The notes under the pieces: model-generated
Seen by the model: the letters and a program-made list of their open reading frames with translations, nothing else
What the model was told of the DNA's origin: nothing
Database searches by the model: none
Shown: positions 63,940 to 64,000 of the stretch, piece by piece
How positions within the stretch are numbered: the stretch's first letter is position 1
Layout: each line of letters starts with the position of its first letter
Made by a program: the position numbers and the translations under genes
Virus record (IMG/VR): IMGVR_UViG_3300014039_000012
Location: 64,001-128,000 of that record
DNA length: 64,000 nt
Origin: a virus
Taxonomy: Duplodnaviria; Caudoviricetes
Direction: 5' to 3' (one strand)

Positions 63940-64000
63940 AAGGAGAATAGATGGTAGATATTTTTTGGGATGAAATTGTTAAAGAAAAAGAAAAATATAT

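Overview
The window is a 64-kb piece of a large tailed dsDNA phage genome. The host is probably an anaerobic gut Firmicute (Clostridia-like), inferred from the sigmaA-type promoters, class III RNR, Fhs and a host-like membrane gene. Every credible gene lies on the + strand. 1-18 kb holds baseplate/tail and fibre genes: three Mtd_N-type fibres, two Gly-Pro-Thr collagen-like fibres and a GT-A glycosyltransferase. 19-24 kb holds dUTPase and a redoxin/nrdD/nrdG/ferredoxin:thioredoxin-reductase-like cluster. 24-30 kb has displaced structural genes, a GT2-TPR glycosyltransferase and an Rnl2-type ligase. 30-47 kb is a replication module (SSB-like, Sak4-like ATPase, DnaB, primase, DnaE) with two free-standing endonucleases. 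47-64 kb holds small accessory genes, a Cas4/RecB-like nuclease, Lar, PncA-like, a macrodomain, DenV-like, YopX, RecD2, Fhs and an Rnl1 + Pnk-HD RNA repair pair. nrdD carries one intein and one ORF-less group I intron; dnaE carries one intein and two ORF-less group I introns, and all splice junctions can be read from the sequence. The most unusual signals are: (i) a promoter-driven ~165-nt RNA whose G.U-rich 23-bp stem closes an AU loop with five UAUAAU copies; (ii) six fused terminator/promoter elements with the -35 box inside the hairpin; (iii) a recurrent AYRAAA-N6-TTTYAT palindrome in intergenic DNA; (iv) a candidate virion glycosylation system; (v) a group I intron with a non-canonical P7. 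All protein calls come from motif recognition by eye; no database searches were run.
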